The position numbers and the translations under genes are program-made. A DNA stretch of 64,000 nucleotides from Thermoplasmatota archaeon (GTDB taxonomy: Archaea; Thermoplasmatota; Penumbrarchaeia; JASLWR01): contig JASLWR010000011.1 in assembly GCA_030740765.1 (NCBI GenBank), forward strand, positions 1,595 through 65,594, read 5' to 3'. Below the pieces are notes generated by a model. The model saw only the letters and a list, made by a program, of their open reading frames with translations, did not search any database and was not told the origin of the DNA. This document shows, piece by piece, positions 46,294 to 55,830 of this stretch; the first letter of the stretch is position 1; each line of letters starts with the position of its first letter.

Positions 46294-46800
46294 ATGCCCG
46301 AAACCGCCTCTCATCAGCTAGTTAATTTATCCGATATGAGAGTCGAAATTAAGAAGATCATCCGGGGATATCAAGGCGAGGAAGGGATTCTGATAAAGAT
46401 AATTCAGGACATACAATCTATGTTCGATCACGTTCCCGAAAAGGCCGTAGATATTCTTTGCAATGAAATGGATCTCGATCCAGTGAGGATATATGGAATA
46501 CTCACATTTTACGGTCAATTCAGGCTGTCACCGCCAGGTAAACACACCATGACGGTATGCCAGGGGACGGCTTGTCACGTAATGGGCTCGAAAAAGATAT
46601 CCGAATATGTCGAAAGGAAATTATCGACATCCCCAGGATCTACTACTTCCGATGGTCTTTTCACCCTCGAAAAAGTTGCATGTATGGGATGCTGTGGTAT
46701 AGCTCCGGTTGTGGTTGTGGACCACGAGATAAGGGGGCACCAATCCATTGGTGAAGTCGATCATTTAATGAAAGAGATCCGTGAGAGGGAGAGAGATTGA
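46294..46800 (+). CDS. NuoE/HydC-like [2Fe-2S] thioredoxin-fold subunit
   Basis: CQGTACHVMG ... CMGCCGIAPVVVV is the NuoE 24-kDa-subunit cysteine pattern. 168 aa. Confidence 0.85.
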   Translation: MPETASHQLVNLSDMRVEIKKIIRGYQGEEGILIKIIQDIQSMFDHVPEKAVDILCNEMDLDPVRIYGILTFYGQFRLSPPGKHTMTVCQGTACHVMGSKKISEYVERKLSTSPGSTTSDGLFTLEKVACMGCCGIAPVVVVDHEIRGHQSIGEVDHLMKEIRERERD

Positions 46801-48581
46801 TGTCTGCCAGTGTTGGGACAAGAGTACTCATATGCATGGGTACAAGCGGTCTTGCAGCAGGCGCGGACAGGGTTCTTGAGACTTTTATCCGGGAACTTGC
46901 TCGTAGAAATGATGAGAAAACAGTACAAAAAAAAATTATTTTTAAATCCGTGGGAGATAGAGGGATATTCAGAGATACGCTGGTGGACGTTCTGGAAACA
47001 GGGAGGGAACGTATAAGATATGATCGGATCACTCCCGGCAAGGTTTCGCGAATTGTAGAGGAACACCTTTTAGGCGGAATCCCGGTGGCTGATTACCTTG
47101 CAGGGGATATCTATGAAAAATTCTTCCGTGGGCAATCTAGGCGGGTCCTTGCGAACTGCGGTGAGATCGACCCGGAGAGCCTGGACGAATACATCGAAAA
47201 TGGCGGCTACGAGGGATTGAACCGTATACTCAACGAATTGTGTCCGGATGAAGTTACGGAGATCATCAAAGAATCGGGCATCAGGGGAAGAGGTGGCGCG
47301 GGTTTTCCCACGGGTCTCAAATGGGCATTTGCAGCCAAAAAAGATTCTCCCGAAAAATATATAATTTGCAACGCGGACGAAGGGGACCCGGGTGCTTTCA
47401 TGGACAGAAGCGTTCTCGAAGGGGATCCATTTGCCGTGCTAGAAGGTATGAGCATCGCGGGGTATGCAACAGGGGCAAGCCAGGGATACGTTTATGTCCG
47501 AGCTGAATATCCTCTGGCGATCCAGAGGCTGAAAAAGGCAATAGAAACTGCATATGACCGCAAATATCTGGGTCCCGATATAATGGAGCGCGGATTCAGT
47601 TTTGACATTTCGATACGGGAAGGCGCTGGAGCCTTCGTATGCGGTGAGGAAACTTCACTTATCAGATCCATTGAAGGTGAAAGGGGAATGCCTCGACCTA
47701 GACCTCCGTATCCGGCCAACAAAGGTCTGTTCGGAAAACCCACCGTGATCAATAACGTGGAGACGCTGGCGAACATTCCGATAATTATCAGGCATGGTTC
47801 GGATTATTTTCAAACGGTGGGTAAGGAAAGAAGTACTGGGACCAAGGTTTTTGCCCTTGCCGGAAAGGTGAAAAATACAGGGCTTGTGGAGGTTCCCATG
47901 GGTACCACGATCCGCGAGGTCATATTCGGCCCGGGGGGAGGAATGTTATCGCCCAGATCCGGATTCAAAGCGGTTCAGATGGGCGGTCCCTCCGGAGGCT
48001 GTCTTCCCATGGATTGTCTCGACACTTCAATAGATTACGAGTCAATCACAGAAACGGGAGCGATCATGGGTTCCGGCGGGATGATCGTGATGGACGAATC
48101 CACCTGCATGGTGGATATTGCGAGATATTTCATAGGGTTCACTGCAAGTGAAAGCTGCGGGAAGTGTCCGCCCTGCAGAGAGGGCTTGACTAAGATGCTT
48201 CATATACTCGATTCTATAGTTGAGGGAAAAGGAAGCCGATCCGATATTACTGAACTGGAACGATTGGCTCTTTTGATCAAGAAAACTGCACTGTGCGGAT
48301 TGGGAAATACCGCACCCAATCCGGTGCTTACCACCCTGAAATACTTCCCCGAAGAATATAATATTCATGTTACTGAAAAACGCTGCCCTGCGCATGTTTG
48401 CCCTGCGTTGATAAAATACAGGATCATGAAAGAAAATTGCTCAAAGTGCGGGCTGTGCCGGAAAGCATGTCCGGTGAACGCAATCCAGTGGGAGCGGGGA
48501 AACTACGCCACTATTGACCTGAAAAAATGCATCCAATGCCGGTCTTGCATAGAGGTGTGCGATTTCTCAGCTATAGAATAA
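46800..48581 (+). CDS. NuoF/HydB-like FMN and NAD(P)H-binding FeS subunit with a C-terminal 2x[4Fe-4S] domain
   Basis: GRGGAGFPTGLKW (FMN site), ICNADEGDPGAF, ESCGKCPPCREG (N3 cluster), and C-terminal CSKCGLCRKACP / CIQCRSCIEVCD. The ATG at 46800 overlaps the previous TGA. Confidence 0.9.
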   Translation: MSASVGTRVLICMGTSGLAAGADRVLETFIRELARRNDEKTVQKKIIFKSVGDRGIFRDTLVDVLETGRERIRYDRITPGKVSRIVEEHLLGGIPVADYLAGDIYEKFFRGQSRRVLANCGEIDPESLDEYIENGGYEGLNRILNELCPDEVTEIIKESGIRGRGGAGFPTGLKWAFAAKKDSPEKYIICNADEGDPGAFMDRSVLEGDPFAVLEGMSIAGYATGASQGYVYVRAEYPLAIQRLKKAIETAYDRKYLGPDIMERGFSFDISIREGAGAFVCGEETSLIRSIEGERGMPRPRPPYPANKGLFGKPTVINNVETLANIPIIIRHGSDYFQTVGKERSTGTKVFALAGKVKNTGLVEVPMGTTIREVIFGPGGGMLSPRSGFKAVQMGGPSGGCLPMDCLDTSIDYESITETGAIMGSGGMIVMDESTCMVDIARYFIGFTASESCGKCPPCREGLTKMLHILDSIVEGKGSRSDITELERLALLIKKTALCGLGNTAPNPVLTTLKYFPEEYNIHVTEKRCPAHVCPALIKYRIMKENCSKCGLCRKACPVNAIQWERGNYATIDLKKCIQCRSCIEVCDFSAIE

Positions 48582-50977
48582 AAGGAGGGACATTTACGTT
48601 AATAACCATTAAAATCGACGGGGAGGATATCCAATGTAAATCCTCCATGACGATTTTAGAGGTAGCCAGAGAAAGCGGCATATATATTCCTACTTTATGT
48701 TCTCATCCGGATCTGAACCCCACTGGGACCTGCAGGTTATGTATTGTTGAAATAGAGGGCATGAAGGGTTTTCCTACCTCATGCAGCACCCCGGTCAGCG
48801 ACGGTATGAGGGTAGTTACAAATTCGAATGAGCTATCAGAATTGAGAAGGGACATTCTTTCATTGCTTCTGGAGCGGCACCCACATGCCTGCCTGAACTG
48901 CGCTCAAAGAGAAGGATGCACCCGGGAGCCCTGCTCCACAAATGTCCCTGTTAACGAAAGATGCTGTCCATTGTTCGGAAACTGCGAGTTTCAGCGTATA
49001 GTGGAGTATGTCGGGATGAGAGAAGATACTCCCAAGTACGTCCCGAAAAAGACCGAAAAGAGCGAGGAAGAACCGCTTTTCACACGAGAACGAAGTCTTT
49101 GTATCCTATGCGGAAGGTGCGTGGAAGCCTGCAATAATATGAGAGGCGTGGGTGTGCTGGGTTTCATTGAACGGGGGTATGAAACATACGTGGGAACAGC
49201 ATACGGCAGGACCTACCCCGACTCGGATTGCAGGTTCTGCGGGGCGTGTGTGCAAGTGTGCCCCACGGGCGCACTACGGGACCGGGATCTTGCCGGGGGA
49301 GTGTGGGCGGAACTATTGGTTCCCTGTAAGCATACCTGTCCTGCCGGAATTGACGTCCCGAGGTTCGTTCGCCTTATATTAAATGGTGAATATTCATCCG
49401 CTGCTGCTGTGATCAGGGAGTCAAATCCACTTTCGAACTTACTTGGACACATCTGTTTTTCTCCGTGCGAGAACGAATGTCGGAGAGGAAAGATCAACGA
49501 CGCCATATCCATAAGAGACCTCCAAAAATTCGCAGCCTCCCGGGATGATGGACTATGGAGAAAAAGATTGTCCGTTTCCCATGGTACAGGCAAGAGAATC
49601 GCCATTGTGGGATCAGGGCCTTCGGGATTGAGCGCTGCCTATTACCTTGCGATAAAGGGACATGATGTTACAGTGTTCGAACAGAACCTGGAGGCCGGCG
49701 GAGCTTTACGGAAATTCATACCGGAATACAGACTCCCAACCGAAGTACTTGCCCAAGAGATATTATTGATCAAAGAACTCGGGGTGGATATCCATACCGG
49801 AACGAAAATAGATTCCATTGACTATCTCAAGAACGAAGGATACGATGCAGTATATCTGGCGGTGGGAGCATGGAAAGAAAAACCTATTAATATTCCCGGC
49901 ATCAAAAAAGTGAAAGTAATTATGAGTTTGAAATATCTTGGAGATGCGAGCATAAGGTCCGAAATAGGAAATCGGGTTGTGGTGGTTGGCAGGGGGCATG
50001 CCTTAATTGAATCGGCGAGAGTAGCCTTGCGTAGGGGCGCTGAAGAGCTAATCGTAATCACGGATCTTAGCAGCAAGAATATGGAGCTCTATTCTGAAGA
50101 GATTATGCTGGCAGAGGAAGAGGGGATGGAGATCAATTTCGATTGCCATATCAAAGGTATCTCGGATACCGATGACGACATCACGATCCAGATCGAAAGT
50201 CCCCAAAGGGGAATGGTAATAAAGGCGGATACTCTCATCACAGCAGGTGATACACTGCCGTCCATACCGGATGAATTCAACATCGTTATGACCCCAAATG
50301 ACCGGATCAAAGCCAATCGCGACACCCTCGCAACAAGTATACTCGGAGTGTACGCCGGCGGGGATGCCGTGAGTATGGGAAAGGGGGCTGTGGAAGCCGT
50401 GGAAGCGGGAAAGAGGGCGGCACGAAATATTGATTTATTCCTTGGTGGTGACGGGAATCTGAAAATCGAGCTTTCCGAACGGGTAAAGCCAAACGATAAT
50501 ATAGGAAAAATTAAGAGATTCGCAGAGCTGGAAAGGGAAATGGCAGAGAGATCAAGCCCGGAAAAAAGATTGATGGAAAACGGAGCCGACATCTGCGTGT
50601 ATGACGAAAATCGAGCACATAGGGAAGCATCCCGGTGTCTATGTTGTGATCTGCGATTGAACATTGCCGAGGTACCCCGTCCACCGGAAAAGTGGCTTGT
50701 ACTAAACGAGGAAAACGTCTCAACGGTTCCTGCCTCGGAAGGCGTATACCAGCTATATGATGACGAAAAGAACGTTATTGTGATAAAGGGAACCTGGAAT
50801 ATCCGGGAGGATTTGTCGGATAAATTAAACTCGGACAGCCGGGCGCAATACTTCGTTTATGAAGAAGATAAAATGTATTCAAAAAGAGAGAATGAATTAC
50901 TACAAGTTTTCATGCAGACCCACGGCCGGATGCCCGAGGGAGACGGTGGGGATGACGATCTCGATGACCTGTTCTAG
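48527..50977 (+). CDS. fusion protein: NuoG-N-terminal-like [2Fe-2S]/[4Fe-4S] domains + GltD/NfnB-like FAD-NAD(P)H oxidoreductase + C-terminal extension
   Basis: IKIDGEDIQCKSSMTILEVARESGIYIPTLCSHPDLNPTGTCRLCIVEIEG (NuoG/HydA N-terminus). CILCGRCVEAC and CRFCGACVQVCPTGAL. GltD-like CKHTCPAGIDVPRFV, CENECRRG, IAIVGSGPSGLSAAYYLAIKGHDVTVFE, VYAGGDAV. Start codon unresolved (see finding). Ends in TAG. Confidence 0.85.
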   Translation: MHPMPVLHRGVRFLSYRIKGGTFTLITIKIDGEDIQCKSSMTILEVARESGIYIPTLCSHPDLNPTGTCRLCIVEIEGMKGFPTSCSTPVSDGMRVVTNSNELSELRRDILSLLLERHPHACLNCAQREGCTREPCSTNVPVNERCCPLFGNCEFQRIVEYVGMREDTPKYVPKKTEKSEEEPLFTRERSLCILCGRCVEACNNMRGVGVLGFIERGYETYVGTAYGRTYPDSDCRFCGACVQVCPTGALRDRDLAGGVWAELLVPCKHTCPAGIDVPRFVRLILNGEYSSAAAVIRESNPLSNLLGHICFSPCENECRRGKINDAISIRDLQKFAASRDDGLWRKRLSVSHGTGKRIAIVGSGPSGLSAAYYLAIKGHDVTVFEQNLEAGGALRKFIPEYRLPTEVLAQEILLIKELGVDIHTGTKIDSIDYLKNEGYDAVYLAVGAWKEKPINIPGIKKVKVIMSLKYLGDASIRSEIGNRVVVVGRGHALIESARVALRRGAEELIVITDLSSKNMELYSEEIMLAEEEGMEINFDCHIKGISDTDDDITIQIESPQRGMVIKADTLITAGDTLPSIPDEFNIVMTPNDRIKANRDTLATSILGVYAGGDAVSMGKGAVEAVEAGKRAARNIDLFLGGDGNLKIELSERVKPNDNIGKIKRFAELEREMAERSSPEKRLMENGADICVYDENRAHREASRCLCCDLRLNIAEVPRPPEKWLVLNEENVSTVPASEGVYQLYDDEKNVIVIKGTWNIREDLSDKLNSDSRAQYFVYEEDKMYSKRENELLQVFMQTHGRMPEGDGGDDDLDDLF

Positions 50978-50982
50978 GATGA

Positions 50983-51249
50983 ATGATAATGGCTGATGTG
51001 ACCGATTTAAATGATGCTGGCCTCGAGAAAGAGGGCTGGACAAAACGTTCCATACTGGATGAACCCCGGTTATCGGAGGCGGCCGAAACGTATCTTGCAC
51101 TCGGTTTCGAGGTGAGACTGGTTCCCGTGGATACGGATTCAATCACCGGTTGTACCACCTGTCTTGAGGGGGATATTGGAAATTATCGGATTATTTTCAC
51201 AAAACCCCGAAATGAAGCGGGGGAAACTTCAGAAATTGATTTTTACTGA
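50983..51249 (+). CDS. small hypothetical protein (88 aa) in the reductase cluster
   Basis: ORF 5 nt after the previous stop. Contains GCTTCLEGD. No recognised family. Confidence 0.5.
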   Translation: MIMADVTDLNDAGLEKEGWTKRSILDEPRLSEAAETYLALGFEVRLVPVDTDSITGCTTCLEGDIGNYRIIFTKPRNEAGETSEIDFY

Positions 51250-51267
51250 TTTTAGGAGAATGAAGAA

Positions 51268-51894
51268 ATGTTAATAAAAAAGCTCGTAGTGGGGCCGATA
51301 CAGGCGAACTGCTACATAGTTGGCGACGAGGCCTCAAAAAAAGGAATCATAATCGACCCGGGTGACGAGGGAGACCGTATCATGAAAGAGGTGGAAAAAT
51401 TGGGTTTGAATATTGAATTTATTATTGCCACCCACGGCCATTTCGACCACTGTGCGGGAGTGGCGCGCATTAAAGACAAAATCCCGGACGTACCATTTAT
51501 TATTCATGAGGATGATCTTTCCTTCGTTAAGGATTCAAAGAACTCAGCGATGCGATGGGGAATGGTGATCGATCAGGTCCCGGACCCGGATCGATTTATG
51601 AAGGTAGGAGAAGAAATCGAGGTTGGCGATATTACTTTTACGGTACTGCACACGCCGGGTCATTCCCAGGGATGTATAAGCCTGCTGTGTGGCGAAGGAA
51701 TTTTCGTGGGAGATACGCTGTTCGAGGGTTCCATAGGGAGGACCGATTTCGAAGGTGGGTCTCTCGATGAACTTAAGAAATCCATCAAGGAAAAACTGTA
51801 TACTCTACCAGACGATACAGTGGTTTTCACGGGTCACGGGGCGGAAACAACCATTGGCGTGGAGAAAAAGTTCAACATGTTCGTAAGGGGATAG
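51268..51894 (+). CDS. MBL-fold metallo-hydrolase (glyoxalase II-like)
   Basis: THGHFDHCAG (HxHxDH), TVLHTPGHSQG, GDTLF.GSIGRTD, TGHG. 208 aa. Confidence 0.9.
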   Translation: MLIKKLVVGPIQANCYIVGDEASKKGIIIDPGDEGDRIMKEVEKLGLNIEFIIATHGHFDHCAGVARIKDKIPDVPFIIHEDDLSFVKDSKNSAMRWGMVIDQVPDPDRFMKVGEEIEVGDITFTVLHTPGHSQGCISLLCGEGIFVGDTLFEGSIGRTDFEGGSLDELKKSIKEKLYTLPDDTVVFTGHGAETTIGVEKKFNMFVRG

Positions 51895-51925
51895 GGAGTA
51901 TCCGGCGACTCATGAATAAAATAAA

Positions 51926-52372
51926 TCAATAATCTAAAACTTCAGGAAACCCATTTTCGTCAACTACTTCTGCGAAACCTGAATCGCTCTCTGAATTGTC
52001 GTCCCCATAATAATCGTCACCCCTATAAGTCCGAGTAATGCTGATCATCTGTTTGGTTTCCCGAATAAAGCTCTCAGGATTTTCAGGAGCTATCAAATAT
52101 TTTTTCCCCAGGGTATCTATAAACACCATACTTGAAAACTTTCGATGGTAAATTCTCACCCACCCGTATCTCCCGGAGTATGCCACACAGGCCCAGCCCA
52201 ACAAATCCCTGTTCCCAATCCCTATCCAAAAAGTCATGGACATATCCTTTTTATTTTTTATATCGATTATCTCCCCGTGGGGAATAAATGTCTTACTGTT
52301 CAACCGAGAGATTGTTATTCCATCTTCTGCAATATAATAAGCATTGGGTACCGGTAGAATGTCGTGTAACAC
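51926..52372 (-). CDS. PH-domain-like hypothetical protein whose 5' end appears separated from its leader by the IS481-like element
   Basis: 148-aa ORF starting at a GTG only 18 nt from the IS terminal repeat. The frame stays open into the IS end. See the finding on in-silico excision. Confidence 0.5.
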   Translation of the reverse strand: MLHDILPVPNAYYIAEDGITISRLNSKTFIPHGEIIDIKNKKDMSMTFWIGIGNRDLLGWACVAYSGRYGWVRIYHRKFSSMVFIDTLGKKYLIAPENPESFIRETKQMISITRTYRGDDYYGDDNSESDSGFAEVVDENGFPEVLDY

Positions 52373-52389
52373 CCAAAATTGACTATTTT

Positions 52390-53792
52390 TGTAACTCTAA
52401 AACTTCATAAATTTAAGTGGATTACCTATCCGAAAACCAGGAGGGGAATCTATGACCACGATATATGACAATGAAACTGTTCGTCACCGCTTGAAATACG
52501 TGTTACAAGTGATAGATCGGGATCGGACCATCGCAGCTGCCGCCAGAGATGCAGAGTGAGCTGGAGAACTATGAACAGTTGGAGAGAGAGATATGAGAAT
52601 GAAGGTGCCGCTGGCCTTCGAAACAAACCCCGAGGGTTGTTTCGCCCCCCCGATGCATCGGTTCGGAAACAGATAATCGATCTGAAAGTCGAAAATCGAA
52701 CTAGGAGTTGCAGAAAGATTTGAGACCTTTTCAACAAGGAATCCGAACAAAGTTTCCATCGACAAACGATATGGCGCATCCTGAGGGCAGCAGGCGAAAA
52801 CAAACGCGTCAAAGAAAATCCAAAATTCTTCCGAGATTTCGAAAGATGTCATCCAAACAGTCTATGGCAAATTGACTACATGGATGCCATAGTGATCGAG
52901 GGCATTGGCCTGGTTTTTCTCATCCTTATTCTGGATGACTATACAAGGAAGACAATCAGGGGGATGTTCGTTCCCGATACAACCGCATACCAGGCCTTGA
53001 AACTACTGTGGAACAGCGTTGAAGAGTACGGAATTCCCAACCAGATGTATTCCGACAGGGGTACGCAGTTCAGGAGTCATCTGGGAAAGGGTTTCACTCA
53101 TTATGAACTGGTATGTAAAAGGCTTGGAATAGACGTCATCCACGGGACTGTAAGACATCCCCAGGGCAGAGGGAAGATCGAACGCTTGTTTGGATTTATT
53201 CAGGATGATTTCATCCCAGAGTATCGATTCAAAGATATCGACGACATGAATCAGAAATTTCAGGAATGGATCTCATGGTATAATGAGAAACACGAACATA
53301 GCTCATTGGGCGGGAACCCACCCAATTTCCGATATGTCGATTTCACTCCGAGGATGTCCTGCGGGGACCACTTCGATATCTTCAGCGAGCACCATGAGAG
53401 GAAGGTAAGAAAGAATGCGACGATATCCTTCAGAAATAAGATATATCCCGTGGATCCGAGATTCATCAAGGATAAGGTAATCGTAAAGGTATTTGGTGAT
53501 TTGATCAAGATCTTTGGTCAATCCAAATTCCTTGGAGAATATGATACGAGAATTGACTACCATGAGAGGATGTTACGCCGAGTATATGCCAGGGTAGTGA
53601 AGAAGGATGGCACTATCAAGTTCCGTAAGGTACGATATCCAGTTGGTAAGGAACTTATCGGACATAGGGTTGAAATACTTGTTATTCGAGATCAATCGAG
53701 GGCCTTCCTGAACTCAAATAAATTGCTAATCTTTAAATTGGGTGAGAGCGATGCGGTTATAGTAAAAATGGATAGGTAATTTTAGAGTTACA
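52390..53792 (+). mobile_element. IS481-like insertion sequence (about 1.4 kb) with 13-bp terminal inverted repeats TGTAACTCTAAAA
   Basis: tgtaactctaaaa at 52390-52402 and its exact reverse complement ttttagagttaca at 53780-53792 bracket the rve-type transposase reading frames. A second 13-bp inverted pair, aaaacttcataaa (52399-52411) and tttatgaagtttt (53795-53807), makes the exact boundary ambiguous. Confidence 0.7.
52452..53779 (+). pseudogene. DDE (rve/integrase-core) transposase, IS481/IS3-like, split over three frames
   Basis: Frame a: MTTIYDNETVRHRLKYVLQVIDRDRTIAAAARDAE*. Frame b: (R)VSWRTMNSWRERYENEGAAGLRNKPRGLFRPPDASVRKQIIDLKVENRTRSCRKI*. Frame c: DLFNKESEQSFHRQTIWRILRAAGENKR...HPNSLWQIDYMDAIVIEG...YSDRGTQFRS...HPQGRGKIERLF...YNEKHEHSSLGG. 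The first shift falls inside the HTH, so this reads as decay rather than programmed frameshifting. Confidence 0.75.
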
Positions 53793-54206
53793 GTTTTATG
53801 AAGTTTTGGCTGTTACATGACAGGTAGAAGAAAAAAAACAAGTGTAAAATAAGGGATTTTCCTCGGAAAAGCGAACAAAACATTCGACAATAGGGGCGCT
53901 ATGTCAATTTCCCCACAATTTTGTGTATTCTTTACATAATTTTACCATTTCTTATAAAAAAAGTATTATTTATCCGACATAGATACCAACTTACCCGATA
54001 TACAGGTTCAAGTATAATCGCCACATCTAAAAGTGGCTTTCTCTTTTATTGATAATCATCCGATATTTGGGGATTTGAGCGTTTTTCCATTTCACGAGTG
54101 GTTATTCTTCTCTTGAAGTGATAACGTAAATGCTATATATAAATCTGTATACTCCGCCCTGATTAAAGTTAAGTTATCGAATTGTTAATCAGGAAGGTGT
54201 GAAAAA

Positions 54207-54989
54207 GTGATCTTTGAACATGCAAGCGAAAGTGATATCACAAAAGCGATAATCAGCCAATTTGCAAAGGATATGGACGAATACATTGAAAGCGATGTTA
54301 TAATAATCGGTGGAGGCCCCAGCGGCTTAATGGCTGCAAAGGAACTGGCGAGCAGAAACGTGAAAGTTCTGGTGGTGGAGAGAAACAATTATCTCGGAGG
54401 CGGATTCTGGATCGGTGGTTATCTCATGAACACTATCACTATTCGGGCCCCTGCCCATAAGGTGTTGGATGAACTTGGTATAAGGTACGAACGATATTCG
54501 GATAGCCTCTACATTACACCGGGTCCATTGGCGTGCTCAAAGCTGATCGCCGCAGCTTGTGAAGCCGGTGCAAAGATACTTAACATGACAAAATTCGACG
54601 ATATTGTCATACGGGAAGGGAATAGGGTCGCAGGTGCTGTGATAAACTGGAGTCCGATCTCCGCCTTGCCAAGAGAAATTACCTGTGTCGATCCCGTTGC
54701 ACTGGAATCCCGTCTCTTGTTCGATGCCACGGGACATGATGCCGTGGTTGTGAAAAAATTGGAGGAAAGAGATCTAATAAAGACCGTGGGTTTTGGTGCC
54801 ATGTGGGTAGAGAAGTCCGAGGATCTGGTGGTCGAACATACGGGAGAGGTCTATCCCGGACTGATTGCCACCGGTATGTCTGTGTCTACAACATACGGGT
54901 TGCCCAGAATGGGGCCAACCTTCGGTTCCATGCTCCTATCGGGCAAAAAAGGGGCTGAAATAGCCTATGACCTCCTCAATAATAAATAG
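54207..54989 (+). CDS. thi4: thiazole synthase Thi4 (archaeal type)
   Basis: [19 protein letters not shown]....[22 protein letters not shown]...GHDA...GM are the Thi4/THI1 FAD-like fold motifs. 260 aa, GTG start. Confidence 0.9.
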   Translation: MIFEHASESDITKAIISQFAKDMDEYIESDVIIIGGGPSGLMAAKELASRNVKVLVVERNNYLGGGFWIGGYLMNTITIRAPAHKVLDELGIRYERYSDSLYITPGPLACSKLIAAACEAGAKILNMTKFDDIVIREGNRVAGAVINWSPISALPREITCVDPVALESRLLFDATGHDAVVVKKLEERDLIKTVGFGAMWVEKSEDLVVEHTGEVYPGLIATGMSVSTTYGLPRMGPTFGSMLLSGKKGAEIAYDLLNNK

Positions 54990-55830
54990 TGCCAGAACCA
55001 TTATTCTTTACGATGATGTTACTTCGGGAAACCTGGTTCTATCCGAAATTAAAAAATATCTCTCAGAGCTGATCCCTGGTATCAGAGTAGAGTTACGAAG
55101 CGGTTTTATCGAGCACTTCGGGGTTCGGGAAAAAATCCCTGAATTTGCCCGAAAACTGGCTCGAATAAAGCTTAGAGATCAAAAACGAAAGCTTGAAGAT
55201 TTCAATCCACTACCCGGTGAGATTCAATTCGAAAAAAAATTACTGGATGATCCGAAAACAAGAAGGATCGGCGTTATATACGATGGATTTGAATTTCAAA
55301 AATTATCGAGAGAAATGATACCGGAAAACGAGCTAGAAATGTCGGTTTTACATATTTTTATAACGAACCGTCTCATAGCCACCTTCGATGATAATGATAG
55401 GCGCTATCATGCACGGGTGATCATCACAGGGTATCCTGCAGTGATCTCCACCAGCGGTATCGTAGAAGCCCCTGCCAAACCCAGAGATTTCTACAGGATG
55501 AAACAGATGGGGATAATTCTTGGAGATACTACAGTTCCCGCTGAATTGTTGAACCAGCATTTTCAAGGTAGATTCATGGAACACAACGACGAGAGACTAA
55601 CTGAGGTCATAAAAGGATATATATTGCAAGCCGTCTTTTATCATACTACCGGCGAGGCATTCTGTAATAATACAAACTGTAGATTGTTCAACTCACACTG
55701 GCAGAAGGAAATGATAAAAGCACAAATTGAGAGCGGCAAGTTATGTAAAGATCATACCGGAATTTTAAACGAGTTAATAATGTCATTTGAAGGCGACCCG
55801 GGTCGCCACACTTTCAATCCAAGCCCGTAA
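54967..55830 (+). CDS. archaemetzincin-like protein with a degenerate zinc-binding motif
   Basis: The C-terminal block [55 protein letters not shown] aligns by eye with the archaemetzincin pattern ..KEAVHE.GH..GL.HC.N..C.M.FSN....D......C..C. However, HExxHxxGxxH is replaced by FYHTTGEAF. Comparison from memory. Confidence 0.55.
   Translation: MTSSIINSARTIILYDDVTSGNLVLSEIKKYLSELIPGIRVELRSGFIEHFGVREKIPEFARKLARIKLRDQKRKLEDFNPLPGEIQFEKKLLDDPKTRRIGVIYDGFEFQKLSREMIPENELEMSVLHIFITNRLIATFDDNDRRYHARVIITGYPAVISTSGIVEAPAKPRDFYRMKQMGIILGDTTVPAELLNQHFQGRFMEHNDERLTEVIKGYILQAVFYHTTGEAFCNNTNCRLFNSHWQKEMIKAQIESGKLCKDHTGILNELIMSFEGDPGRHTFNPSP

Noticed and set aside
52555-52725. Programmed -1 frameshifting in the IS481-like transposase
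   Set aside because: There are two separate frame breaks. The first falls inside the HTH-encoding segment rather than between the ORFA and ORFB domains, and no A6G-type slippery heptamer is seen at either site. Decay is more likely.
53793-54206. TPP riboswitch upstream of thi4
   Set aside because: This was expected because some archaea have THI-box leaders. However, the invariant CUGAGA core and the ACCUGAUCUGGAUAAUGCCAGCG-like pyrophosphate arm are absent. Only a local inverted repeat is present (ctgattaa-N18-ttaatcag, 54161-54194).
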